The position numbers and the translations under genes were made by a program. A stretch of DNA of 64,000 nucleotides from Planctomycetota bacterium (GTDB taxonomy: Bacteria; Planctomycetota; UBA1135; UBA2386): positions 4,256,001-4,320,000 of the forward strand of contig JBKAGP010000001.1 in assembly GCA_046290465.1 (NCBI GenBank). Direction: 5' to 3'. The notes beneath the pieces were generated by a model that did no database searches, had not been told where the DNA came from, and was given only the letters and a program-made list of their open reading frames with translations. Positions within the stretch are counted from its first letter, which is position 1; every line of letters starts with the position of its first letter. Shown here piece by piece: positions 19,401 to 29,799 of the stretch.

Positions 19401-19453
19401 AGTCGCAGCGGCTGCGTGCCGAGCTCGAAGGGATGCGCGGCGGCGAACGCTAG
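16406..19453 (+). CDS. Hanks-type Ser/Thr protein kinase with TM segment and TPR repeats
   Basis: LGRGGMGVVY, VALKVL, HRDVKPSN, DFGLAR, GTAYYAAPEQ, DVFALG; C-terminal TPR patterns (HYNLG..A, AHGNLA). Confidence 0.95.
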   Translation: MSGGGDFDRLERALEVFAAWEADGMPVSGAALLAAHEDLREVLEPLVADATGEVDEPEPDPQLEIDGFRIEYELGRGGMGVVYAARQVALDRTVALKVLPADGRVEPRAVARFRRESSLLASLDHPSLVEVLTVGRDRGCEYFAMEMVDGVPLNRVLRELGAAGSGVLDGSSVGSTVDGLLARAVTRRPKTATAATASGSTQRSRSHFDEAARIVWQIADALAHAHDAGVLHRDVKPSNILLRRDGRAVLTDFGLAREVGRPSMTQSGEFAGTAYYAAPEQVLGRSRDLDGRVDVFALGVVLYELLTLHRPFEGANSHEVAQAVLRDEPVDPSVHNRRVPSDLAAIALRALEKEPRRRYRTAREMADDLDAFLHHRPVRARRAGPLRRLQRYVRREPWKAALALVVLVSVPSIAFLSGYLQARAPLVAAGEQELARRRVDELLERATMLLELGDDGAALALDEALALDPADPDTIGMLVWARCDRGDGMSLDELDALLAGSQLAAAERARLRASVLQRLGRGDEARAVLADLEPAGSAVAAFYAGLAALTRGHATGERAAFGAAADAFEMAVLLAPRRRPLYLNKLAHALGHAGDDDRRAAVAAALHRAWPDSVSQQYWSYFAEKDSARSRARERLQRAIALRSGSGTLHYNLGTSYLRSGLPREAIPALERAIEIAPDYAPAHGNLAKARFQTQDLEGAIAAIDAALAREPDNALFVANRGQFLLAQGRTDDAVAAHDRALAIDPAQPIALAGKAYVLYTTRGAEPCRAFCEQHLEAGHVSEELYRYLVMSLTTLGRHQDAIAAADRGIERFGRSAWLHLRRAYAARPVDHAVAVASARRATELAPGHPLMHEALAKMLLDGRPGPTDCEHAARAYTRQAELSPKNGPAHLNAAISWMRAGRPGDAVACMRTATVEVPGWGPGHENLGGLLLDLGRVDDAILALQHGCEVVPDHAGVRFRLAFALHRRASVRGGEQPDATRADVERALALLEGREDAESQRLRAELEGMRGGER

Positions 19454-19479
19454 ACGTTCCGGATAGGGTGCGTGGTGCC

Positions 19480-20277
19480 ATGACCGCCCGCCCCTCGACG
19501 ACTCTGTTGTTCGCGCTGCTGGCGCTGTTCGTCGCCGCCTGCCGCGCCGCACCCGAGGCCGCGCAGCGCGTGCGTATCGTCACCTGGAACATCCACCACG
19601 GCCGCGGCCTCGACGACCGCGTCGACCTCGCGCGCATCGCCGACGAACTGCGCGTGCTCGACGCCGACTTCGTGTTGTTGCAGGAGGTCGACGTCGGCGT
19701 GCGGCGCAGCGGGGAGATCGACATCCCGGCCGAGCTGGCCCGACGGCTCGGCATGAAGCCGGCGTTCTCGAAGAACATCCCGTACCAGGGCGGTGAGTAC
19801 GGCAACGCCATCCTCAGTCGCTGGCCGATCATCGCCATGCACAACCGCCACTACGACATGCTGCGCGAGGGCGAACAGCGCGGCCTGCTGACGGTGCGTG
19901 CTGACGCTCCGGCGGGCGCGATCGCGATCGGCTGCACGCACATCGATTCGCGCCGGGACGACGCCGAGCGCATGCAGAACGCGCCGGAGATCCTGGCGAC
20001 GGTCGCGGAACACGGGCTGGTCGCGGTCGGCGGCGACTTCAACGACGTGCCGGGCAGCCGGGTGCACGCCGCGCTGTGCGGTTCGTTGGTCGACTGCTGG
20101 AGCGAAGCCGATCCTGACGGCGAAGGCGGCACGTATCCGGCTGCGGCGCCGACTAAGCGGATCGACTGGCTGCTGCGTTCGACCGGCGCTGGCTGGCGCA
20201 CGCGGGCGGCGCGCGTCGTGCCGACCGAGGCGTCCGACCATCGTCCCGTCGTGTTCGAGCTGGTTCGGGAGCGCTAG
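19480..20277 (+). CDS. endonuclease/exonuclease/phosphatase family lipoprotein
   Basis: lipobox VAAC, TWNIH, LQEVD, GNAILSR, GGDFN, RIDW, SDHRPV. Confidence 0.92.
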   Translation: MTARPSTTLLFALLALFVAACRAAPEAAQRVRIVTWNIHHGRGLDDRVDLARIADELRVLDADFVLLQEVDVGVRRSGEIDIPAELARRLGMKPAFSKNIPYQGGEYGNAILSRWPIIAMHNRHYDMLREGEQRGLLTVRADAPAGAIAIGCTHIDSRRDDAERMQNAPEILATVAEHGLVAVGGDFNDVPGSRVHAALCGSLVDCWSEADPDGEGGTYPAAAPTKRIDWLLRSTGAGWRTRAARVVPTEASDHRPVVFELVRER

Positions 20278-20306
20278 GAGCGCCAACCAGGAGAAGTGCC
20301 AGCGGA

Positions 20307-21026
20307 TCAAGGCCTGGCGCAGACGAACAGCGGGCGGCCGTCGGGCTGCAGCGTTCGTTCGCGGACCACGAAGCCGACGTCGTGCAGCAGATCGTGCCAG
20401 GTCGCGCGTGCAAACACGCCGAACTCGTGGTGGTCGTGCACGACCCTCGTGATGCCGTTCTCACGGAGCATCAGCACCATGTCACAGCGGGCGACGGTCG
20501 CGTCGTCGTCGCTGGGGGCGTGCAGCCACTCGAAGTAGCGCAGCGAACGGGCGCCGTGGTCCGCGCCGCCGTGGTCGGTGCCCGGCGTGAACGTCTCGCG
20601 CACGCAGTCCGGCACGAACAGCGCCGTGCCGCCGGGCCGACAGTGCTCGTGGGCGGTCGCCATGACCGCGCGCAGGTCCGCCGCGGTGGTCATGTAGCAG
20701 ACCGCATCGTGCACGAACACCGCGTCGAACGCGCGGCCGAGGCGCAGCGTGCGCATGTCGCCCTGGACGTGCTCGGCCTCGGGATTGCGTCGGCGACTCT
20801 GCTCCAGCATCGACGGTGACAGATCGGTCAGCGTCCACGCGAACCGGTGGCGCATCTGCGACGCACAGTGGCCGCCGCCGCTACCGAGCTCGAGCGCGTC
20901 GAGGCGGTCCTCGCCGTGGCCGGCGCGCAGCAGCTCGGCGTAGAGCGCCGCCTCCTCCTGGTAGTCCTCCGGTGGCGACAGCAGCGGCCACCATGCGGCG
21001 AGGTCCTGGTAGAGGCGCGGCTGCAT
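20307..21026 (-). CDS. class I SAM-dependent methyltransferase
   Basis: LELGSGGG, DLSPSML, GDMRTLRLG..FDAVFVHDA. Confidence 0.9.
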   Translation of the reverse strand: MQPRLYQDLAAWWPLLSPPEDYQEEAALYAELLRAGHGEDRLDALELGSGGGHCASQMRHRFAWTLTDLSPSMLEQSRRRNPEAEHVQGDMRTLRLGRAFDAVFVHDAVCYMTTAADLRAVMATAHEHCRPGGTALFVPDCVRETFTPGTDHGGADHGARSLRYFEWLHAPSDDDATVARCDMVLMLRENGITRVVHDHHEFGVFARATWHDLLHDVGFVVRERTLQPDGRPLFVCARP

Positions 21027-21031
21027 GGCGA

Positions 21032-22663
<1,632 letters not shown>

Positions 22664-22838
22664 GCGAGGGCGAGCAGGTTAGCGATCCAGGTGGCTCGGG
22701 CCACTGCGGATGTGGCTATGCGGGCGGGCGAAAAGACGGGGCGCCCTCAATGCGGACTGCGCACGAGGGCCTCCTCCAAGATCGCACGGGTCCTGCTCCA
22801 ATGGCATCCACCAACGTCTCACCACCAGGAGAAGCCAG

Positions 22839-23282
22839 ATGAACTTTCGTTCGTTCGCGATCACGATCGCCGCGCTGGCAGCGCCCGTCGCTGCGCAGTT
22901 CAACGTCTGCAGCTCGTCGCTGCTAGGCACCGGCTGCGGCCCGACCCTCGACGTCACGTTCACGCCGGTCGGCAACGCCGGCAACCAGCAGATCACGATC
23001 TCGGGTGGCGGCCTCGACCCGGCCGGCATCACCGTCATGGTCTGGGGCCTCAACAACCTCGGCGGCTTCCCGCTGCCGCTCGGTGGCTGCCCGGTCTACA
23101 CCGAGTACCTGTGGGGCCACAACATCAACCCCGACGCCGCAGGCTTCTACTCGTGGAGTCGCAGCTGGCCAAACTCGGTCCAGGGCCAATACAACATCCA
23201 GCTCGGCACGCTCTACGTGAACGCGAACAACGAGTTCGCCATCGAGACGTCGGAAGCCCGCGTCGCGATCTGCACGCAGTAG
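22839..23282 (+). CDS. small secreted hypothetical protein
   Basis: SD AGGAG, signal peptide ending AAQ, GTGC...GGC...Q...TS beta-rich domain. Confidence 0.75.
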   Translation: MNFRSFAITIAALAAPVAAQFNVCSSSLLGTGCGPTLDVTFTPVGNAGNQQITISGGGLDPAGITVMVWGLNNLGGFPLPLGGCPVYTEYLWGHNINPDAAGFYSWSRSWPNSVQGQYNIQLGTLYVNANNEFAIETSEARVAICTQ

Positions 23283-23300
23283 CGCCGACCGCCGCGGCGG

Positions 23301-24086
23301 CTACTTGAACTCGTTGCCGCCGCCGCCCGCACCGCTGGCGACCTCGATGTCGCCGTTGTGCGTCTTCAGGAACAGGCGGCCGTCGGTGTTCGCCTCGCCG
23401 AGCCGGCAGCGCAGGCTGCGCCTCTTGATGTCGGCGTCGTGGATCGTCGCCGGCGGGTCGATGTGCCCGTTGTGCGTCGCCGCTTCGAGCCAGCAGCGGG
23501 CGTCGGCGCTGACGACGACGTCAATGTCGCCGTTGTGCGAGACGATGCGGCCGTCGAGGTCCGCGCCCGATTCGATGGCCAGCTCGACCTCGCCGTTGTG
23601 GGTCTCGACCCAGACCTTCTGGTTCTGCACGGCGCCGATCACGTCGCCATTGTGGGTCTCGACGCGCAGCGCGCCGGTGGTGCCGTCGGTGCGCACGTTG
23701 CCGTTGTGCGTCAGCAGCGTCAGCGCCAGGTGCTCGGGCACCTTCATCGTGTAGGTGAACGAAGGCGAACGGTTGTTGAGGTCGGGACGCGGGTACTTGC
23801 CGTAGATCTTGAGCGTCTCGCCGTGCACCTCGTGGGCGACCGACAGCAGCCGCAGGTTGTCGTCGGCCTCCTCCTGCGTGTGGCCGCGCACCTTCATGAC
23901 CGTATGCAGCTGGATCGTGTCGCTGGCGTCCCCGCGGGTGATCGTGATGTCGCCGTTGTGGGTCTTGCAGTGCAGCGCGATCGCCTGCTCGAGTGGGACC
24001 TCGGCCTCGACGGTCTTGCTGGCGGTGAAGCGCGGGTAGGAACAGGCCACCGTCAGCAGCGGCACGAAGAGCAGGGCGGTTCGCAT
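23301..24086 (-). CDS. DUF4097 / adhesin-like beta-repeat lipoprotein
   Basis: lipobox TVAC; repeated [TS]HNG[DNEH][IV] motifs. Confidence 0.8.
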   Translation of the reverse strand: MRTALLFVPLLTVACSYPRFTASKTVEAEVPLEQAIALHCKTHNGDITITRGDASDTIQLHTVMKVRGHTQEEADDNLRLLSVAHEVHGETLKIYGKYPRPDLNNRSPSFTYTMKVPEHLALTLLTHNGNVRTDGTTGALRVETHNGDVIGAVQNQKVWVETHNGEVELAIESGADLDGRIVSHNGDIDVVVSADARCWLEAATHNGHIDPPATIHDADIKRRSLRCRLGEANTDGRLFLKTHNGDIEVASGAGGGGNEFK

Positions 24087-24152
24087 GGGATCGTGGCGCG
24101 GGTCGCGCGCGGCCCCTACGGACCGTCGCGCGGAGATTTCGGGGGTGTGCCG

Positions 24153-27100
24153 CTACGGCAGCGGACGGGTGTAGGTGACCGTGAGCACGGGCGGGTTGCT
24201 GCCCTCACGGGTGCTGAACCGCTTGGCCGTCGTCGTCGCCCCCTCGTTGCCGACCAGCGCCCAGCCGAAGTTGCTGAACGTCGCGTCGAGCCAGCCCTGC
24301 ACGTCCGACGACAGGTCGCCGGACACATCGGTGCCGGGCGCGCCGACCATGATCGTGGCCGTCGCCGCAGCGAACGAGCCGCCGGCGCTGGACCACGCCG
24401 TGGACGGTGTCGTGCGGTTGGCCCAGGTGGCGCCGCCGCCGGCCGCAACGGCGCCGAGGCCGCCGGGGTTGCCGGCGTTGGACGAGCCTTCGGTCCAGGC
24501 CTGGGTCAGGCGCCGGATCGCGATGCTCTGGTTGCCGGTCACCGCCGGGGTGTCGGACACCAGCGTCAGCGTCGCGTTGGTCACGGTCGAGCCGGCCGGC
24601 ACGCTCGAGATGTCGAACTGCACCAGGCCACGGCGAGAGAGCGTGCTCGAGGTTCCGGCCGTTCTGCCGACGATCAACTGGGTGCCGGCGCCGTTGCTGT
24701 TGTTGGTCGCCTCCTGGTAGATCGTGTTGTCGGCGGTCGCGTTGAGCATGATCGTCTCGCTGTCCGCCACCGACGTGAACGGCAGGGTCGTCGAGCCGCT
24801 GCCGCCCGGGCCGGTCGCCGTCAGCTTGACCGTGTAGGCGGTCTGGCTGCTGGTCGGGAACAGGTTGGCGATGGTGTCGGTGACCGTGACGCCGGTGCGA
24901 TCGGTCGAGCCGTTGTTGTCGAGGTCCCAGGCGTAGCTGGTCGCGTTGCTGGAGCCCGACGCGTCGAGCGTGACGGTCTGCGCCTCGTAGCCCGACGTCG
25001 CCGGCACCGCCGAGATCGTGATCGTGAAGCTCGCGGTCACGACGCCGTTGGCGGTGATGCCGGTGGTGGCCATGTCGGTGCCGCCGGGACCGGTCGCCGT
25101 CAGCGTGACCGTGAACGAGCCGCTCGACGTGAACGTGTGCGTCGGGTTCTCGGTGGTCACGGTCGGCGAGCCGTCGCCGAAGTCCCACGAGTAGCTGGTC
25201 GCGCCGGTCGACGTGTTGGTGAACGTCACCGCGAACGGCACCGTGCCGGAGCTGGTCGACGGCGTGAAGCCTGCGACCACCGGGGTGAACACCTCGATCA
25301 GGTTGGTCTTGGTCTCGGTCGCCGAGCCGGCCACGTTGGTCGCCGTCATCGTCACCGTGTAGGTGCCAGGCGTCGTGTAGGTGTGGTTCGGGTTCTGCGT
25401 CGTCACGGTCGACGAGCCGTCGCCGAAGTCCCACAGCCAGCTGGTCGGGTCGCCGGTCGACGTGTCGGTGAACGTCACCGCCAGCGATGCGGGACCGCTC
25501 GTCGGCGTCGCCGTGAAGTCCGGGACCGGCGTTCCGATCGCCGTGATCAGGTTCGCCTTGGTGACCGAGTTGGTCGTGGTCGCGTTGCTGGCGGTCAGCG
25601 TCACCGTGTAGCTGCCCGCCGTCGCAAACGTGTAGCTCGGGTTCTGCTCGGTCGAGTCGACGTTGCCGTCGTTGTCGAAGTCCCACTCCCACGCCGTCGG
25701 CACGCCGGTCGACGCGTCGGTGAACTGCACCGTCAGCGGGATCGCGCCGGAGGTCACGTCGGTGGTGAAGTCGGCGACCACCCCGGACGTCTCGTCGAGG
25801 AACGCGACGATCAGGTCGGTCGAGTCCGAGTTGCCGAGGTTGGTCGCGGCCGTCTTGTAGACCGAGAAGCCGACGCTGTAGGTGCTGCTCGCCGAAGCGA
25901 ACGTCGTGAACTGCGGTTCGGTCGAGTCGCCGTTGCCGTCGGTCGCCTCGAGCGTCGTCAGGCTGTAGCGATACGGCAGCACGTTGCCGGCGAGCGCCTG
26001 CGCCACGTCGACCAGGAATACGTCGACGGCGCCGTTCTCGTCGCTGCGCAGGATGTCGATGTTGGTCGCGGCCGACTCGAACGCGATGTTGGCGCCGTCG
26101 GCGCCGATCACCGGGTTGCGCGCGTCGCCGTCGCCGATCACGTCGAGGCTGGTCGACAGCAGGCGGTTGAGCATCGTCGTGTTGCCGCTGTCGCTGTCGA
26201 ACACGTAGACGTTGGTGGTCGCGGTCAGCGCCGCCGCCAGGTCGGTCTTGTCCGACTCGAACGCGACCAGCGTGCGGCCGCCGCCGGCGACGTAGATGCT
26301 CGCGTCGGCGCTGGCGCCGCCGGTGCCCTCGGCGCCGGCCGAGGTGACGCTGGCGCGGTTCTTGGTGAACGGCGCGCTGCCGCTGACGTCGCTGTAGAAG
26401 ACGTCGCGCACGCCGTTGGTGTCGCTGCCGATCAGGTCGGTCGCGTCCGACTCGAACGCCACGCCGACGCCGGTCGGATCGATGCTGGGCGCCTCGCTGC
26501 TGCCGTCGCCGCCGGTCGCCTGGTTGGTGGTCTGGTGGCTGATCAGGTGCGTGTCGTTGGTGCCGAGGTTGCGCACGTAGACGTCGAAGCCGCTGCTGCC
26601 GTTGCCGTCGGTGAAGCCCGCGACCAGGTCGGTGGCCTGCGACTGGAACGCGACCAGGTTGCCGGTCGCGCCGCCGATCACCGGAGTGGTCGACGCGCCG
26701 TTGCCCTCGTTGGTGGTGCCGTTGGTGGCGCTCACCAGCGTGGCGTTGCCGTTGACCTGCAGCGACAGGTTGCCGCTGGCGTCCGAGATCAGGTCGACCG
26801 CGGTGCGGAACACGTCGGTCGCACCGTTGGTGTCGCCGGCGACCAGGTCGGTCGCGTCGGACTGGTAGACGATGTAGAGCGTGCCGACGGTGCCCGGCGC
26901 GGTGAAGCTGCCGTTGGGCACGTAGATCATCTGGGGCCTGGTCGAGGCGGCGTCACCGGCGTTGGTCGTGCTGGCGGCGCGGCTGACGAGCGTGACGTCG
27001 CAGACTGCGTCGGCGGCGGTCACCGGGAAGCCGGCGGCCTCCCAGTCGTCGATCTGCTGGATGAACACGGCCGAACCGCCCGGCACCGTGCGGGGCTCGC

Positions 27101-27908
27101 CGTCGACGTCGCTGGGCTCGTCGATGCCGTCGTGGTCGTCGTCGGCGACGCCGTTGCGGCCACCGACCGTCGGCAGGATGCCGGAGTCGAGCGCCCACAG
27201 CACGCGCGGGTCGGTCTTGAAGTGCTCGAGGTCCCCGGTCGGCGGGATCTGCGCGCGCGCCGCCAGCGCGGCCACGGTCTCGGTGCGCAGGTCGAAGGTG
27301 CCGTCGGGCGCCTTCCAGTCCTCGACCGGCTCCGCGGTGCTGTTCAGGTGGCACGGGATGCAGGTCGCGGCGTCTCCGCTCGGGAACGAAGCGCCCGGCG
27401 ACGGACCCGCGTGCGGCTGGCCCTGCGAGGCTGCTGCCGACACGAACGCCGTCGTCGTCGGGCTCTGCATGCTGTGGCAGGTCGCGCAGCGCGGGTGACG
27501 GAACTTGCCGGCCAGCGACTGGCTGAAGGCGTTGGCGTTGACCTCCTGGGCACAGATCGCCGCAACGAACACGTCGGCGGCACCGTTGGTGTCGTTGACC
27601 AGGTCGCGGCTGACGTTGGCGGTGACGCCGTCTCCGCCCGCATCGGACGTCGTGAACGCGACCAGCACGACGTCGCGCTCCGCGAACGCGCCGATCGCCG
27701 GAACCACCGCACCCGCGACGACGGAGTCCGCGGCCGGATCCGTCAGTTCGACCCCGATGTCGAGGCCGACGGGCAGGTTGGTGCTCGTCTGCGTCGTCTC
27801 CCCGCTGGTGGGGGTGTTGGGGAGGTTGTTGCCGAGACCGGACGAGCAGCTGGCGATCGCAATGGCGATCGCAGCGATGCTCAACGTGACGAGGAGGCGT
27901 ACCTTCAT
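24153..27908 (-). CDS. large surface lipoprotein: di-heme cytochrome c domain, TolB-like propeller repeats, four PKD domains, C-terminal DNRLRE-like domain
   Basis: lipobox IASC; CATCH and CIPCH; repeated AF[EQ]S.ATDL..GDTNG..DVF; WDF[GD].DG PKD motifs; DNTIYQ..RRGLVQFDIS tail. Confidence 0.85.
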   Translation of the reverse strand: MKVRLLVTLSIAAIAIAIASCSSGLGNNLPNTPTSGETTQTSTNLPVGLDIGVELTDPAADSVVAGAVVPAIGAFAERDVVLVAFTTSDAGGDGVTANVSRDLVNDTNGAADVFVAAICAQEVNANAFSQSLAGKFRHPRCATCHSMQSPTTTAFVSAAASQGQPHAGPSPGASFPSGDAATCIPCHLNSTAEPVEDWKAPDGTFDLRTETVAALAARAQIPPTGDLEHFKTDPRVLWALDSGILPTVGGRNGVADDDHDGIDEPSDVDGEPRTVPGGSAVFIQQIDDWEAAGFPVTAADAVCDVTLVSRAASTTNAGDAASTRPQMIYVPNGSFTAPGTVGTLYIVYQSDATDLVAGDTNGATDVFRTAVDLISDASGNLSLQVNGNATLVSATNGTTNEGNGASTTPVIGGATGNLVAFQSQATDLVAGFTDGNGSSGFDVYVRNLGTNDTHLISHQTTNQATGGDGSSEAPSIDPTGVGVAFESDATDLIGSDTNGVRDVFYSDVSGSAPFTKNRASVTSAGAEGTGGASADASIYVAGGGRTLVAFESDKTDLAAALTATTNVYVFDSDSGNTTMLNRLLSTSLDVIGDGDARNPVIGADGANIAFESAATNIDILRSDENGAVDVFLVDVAQALAGNVLPYRYSLTTLEATDGNGDSTEPQFTTFASASSTYSVGFSVYKTAATNLGNSDSTDLIVAFLDETSGVVADFTTDVTSGAIPLTVQFTDASTGVPTAWEWDFDNDGNVDSTEQNPSYTFATAGSYTVTLTASNATTTNSVTKANLITAIGTPVPDFTATPTSGPASLAVTFTDTSTGDPTSWLWDFGDGSSTVTTQNPNHTYTTPGTYTVTMTATNVAGSATETKTNLIEVFTPVVAGFTPSTSSGTVPFAVTFTNTSTGATSYSWDFGDGSPTVTTENPTHTFTSSGSFTVTLTATGPGGTDMATTGITANGVVTASFTITISAVPATSGYEAQTVTLDASGSSNATSYAWDLDNNGSTDRTGVTVTDTIANLFPTSSQTAYTVKLTATGPGGSGSTTLPFTSVADSETIMLNATADNTIYQEATNNSNGAGTQLIVGRTAGTSSTLSRRGLVQFDISSVPAGSTVTNATLTLVSDTPAVTGNQSIAIRRLTQAWTEGSSNAGNPGGLGAVAAGGGATWANRTTPSTAWSSAGGSFAAATATIMVGAPGTDVSGDLSSDVQGWLDATFSNFGWALVGNEGATTTAKRFSTREGSNPPVLTVTYTRPLP

Positions 27909-28074
27909 GGAATGGACGATGCCAGCCGATGTTCGGAGGGAGAGACTACCCTTTCGGCTGTTGCGATGCTGCCAACCAAGTCCTCTTGGCATGGGGCGTT
28001 TGCAACACGTCGGTGGTGGCAGTCGTTCGTCGATCGCCGGATACTTGCCCCCGGCACCCAGCCGCCCAACTGAG

Positions 28075-29799
28075 ATGAAGAATTCGTCCCTGCTGTTGTT
28101 CCTGCTGCCGGCGATCGCGCTCGGCTCGTGCAAGTTCCTGGTCAAGCAGCTGGTGGACTACCAGGACTACTGGCCGAGCGGCTTGCCGAAGACGCGCGGC
28201 ACGCTGGCCGGCGACAAGCAGGCGGGCGACTGGACGCTGTTCTACGAGTCCGGCCGGCCGATGGCGAAGGGCGCCTACAAGGAGGACCGTCAGTTCGGTC
28301 CGTGGACGTTCTACTACGAGAACGGCGCCGAGAAGCGCTCGGGCAGCTACGACGACAAGGGGCTGCGCACTGGCGACTGGCTCTACAAGTACGAGGACGC
28401 CACGCCGAAGGCGCGCGGCGCCTACGTCGGCGACTTCGAGGACGGCCTGTGGACGTTCTACGGGCCGGACGGTGCGGTCTCGATGGAGGGCCAGTACGAC
28501 AGCGGCAAGCAGTCGGGCTTCTGGACGTTCTATTACGCGGGCGGCAAGCCGAAGGCGCAGGGCATCTACTTCCGCGGCGACCGCGTCGGCCCGTGGCAGG
28601 TCTGGAGCGAGAACGGCGCGTCGCGCATCCAGGACTTCGGCCAGAAGGCCGGCGTGCAGCTCGTTCGCCAGGTCTGGCCCGGCACCCAGCAGATGCAGCG
28701 CACCGGCGCACTGCAGAACGGCAAGGCGGTCGGTCGCTGGACCAGCTGCCACCAGAACGGCAAGGTGCGGCTCTGCTGCGGCATGGTCGCGGGCGTGCCG
28801 TCCGGGGTGTTCGAGGCGCGGGACGAGCGGGGCGGCGTGGTCGCGCAGGGGCGGTTCGAGGCTGGCCAGGTCGTCGCTGGCGGCACGGCGGTCGCCGACG
28901 GCGTCGTGCGCGAGCTGGTCGCGGGAGCGCTGCCGGCGGCGCCGGCGAGCATCGAGCCGTGGTCCGGCTCCGCCGCGATGGCGGCGGCGTCGCCCGAGCA
29001 GCAGCTGTCGCTGTTCGTCGGCGAGCAGCGCCTCGACGTCTCGGGTGAGCCGTTCGTCGCGGTCACGATCGACGAGAGCGCGCAGCCCGCCGGTGCGCCG
29101 GCGCCGGTCGCCGCCGCGGTCATCGAGCAGATCGACGAGCAGCCGGCCCGCATGCCGGCGGCGGCGCAGCCGCAGCTGACCGTCAAGCAGAAGAAGGAGA
29201 TGGACCAGTACATCGACGAGTACACCAACGGCCCCAAGCCGGGCGGCGGCATGTTCAGCGGTGGGGACTACGCGCCGCAGGCCGGCAGCCCGCGGCCCAA
29301 GGGCGGCACCGGCCGTCGCGAGCAGCTCGAGGGCAAGCCGCTGCCGTTCGACAAGATGCAGGCGGTCGACGGGGGCGACGTCGACCTGACGGCCTACCAC
29401 GGCAAGCAGCGGGTGATGATCGTCGTGCTGCGCGGCTTCCTCGGCGAGGTGTGCTGCTACTGCGTCGCGCAGACCAAGGCGCTGGCCAAGGCCAAGTCCA
29501 AGCTCGAGGCCAACAACGTCGAGGTGCTGGTGATCTACCCGGGGCCGCGCGAGAACGAGGAGTCGTTCCGGCGGATCTACGAGGAGGAGTTCGGTGAGGG
29601 CGCGCCGCCCTACCGCGTCTTCTACGACCAGGATCTCGAGCTGGTGACCAGGCTCGGCATCGAGGGCGACCTGGCGTCGCCGTCGACGTTCCTGGTCGAC
29701 GAGAACGGCATCGTGCAATACGCCTACGTCGGCGAGCACCGCGCCGACCGGCCGGCGACCAACAAGCTGATCAAGCTGATCGAGGGGATGAAGGAGTGA
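28075..29799 (+). CDS. lipoprotein with MORN-variant (YwqK-like) repeats and a C-terminal AhpC/TSA redoxin domain
   Basis: lipobox LGSC; many G.W.FYY..G...G.Y repeats; RGFLGEVCCYC, PSTFLVD..G.VQYAYVG. Confidence 0.8.
   Translation: MKNSSLLLFLLPAIALGSCKFLVKQLVDYQDYWPSGLPKTRGTLAGDKQAGDWTLFYESGRPMAKGAYKEDRQFGPWTFYYENGAEKRSGSYDDKGLRTGDWLYKYEDATPKARGAYVGDFEDGLWTFYGPDGAVSMEGQYDSGKQSGFWTFYYAGGKPKAQGIYFRGDRVGPWQVWSENGASRIQDFGQKAGVQLVRQVWPGTQQMQRTGALQNGKAVGRWTSCHQNGKVRLCCGMVAGVPSGVFEARDERGGVVAQGRFEAGQVVAGGTAVADGVVRELVAGALPAAPASIEPWSGSAAMAAASPEQQLSLFVGEQRLDVSGEPFVAVTIDESAQPAGAPAPVAAAVIEQIDEQPARMPAAAQPQLTVKQKKEMDQYIDEYTNGPKPGGGMFSGGDYAPQAGSPRPKGGTGRREQLEGKPLPFDKMQAVDGGDVDLTAYHGKQRVMIVVLRGFLGEVCCYCVAQTKALAKAKSKLEANNVEVLVIYPGPRENEESFRRIYEEEFGEGAPPYRVFYDQDLELVTRLGIEGDLASPSTFLVDENGIVQYAYVGEHRADRPATNKLIKLIEGMKE

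Noticed and set aside
27986..28004. sigma54 promoter (TTGGCATGGGGCGTTTGCA)
   Set aside because: GG-to-GC spacing is 12 nt rather than the required 10.
23358..28073. 1571-aa plus-strand ORF, and similar long ORFs (1944-4661, 16322-19552, 32186-34948)
   Set aside because: These are antisense shadows of real genes, Arg/Gly/Ala-rich and motif-free, as expected in high-GC DNA.
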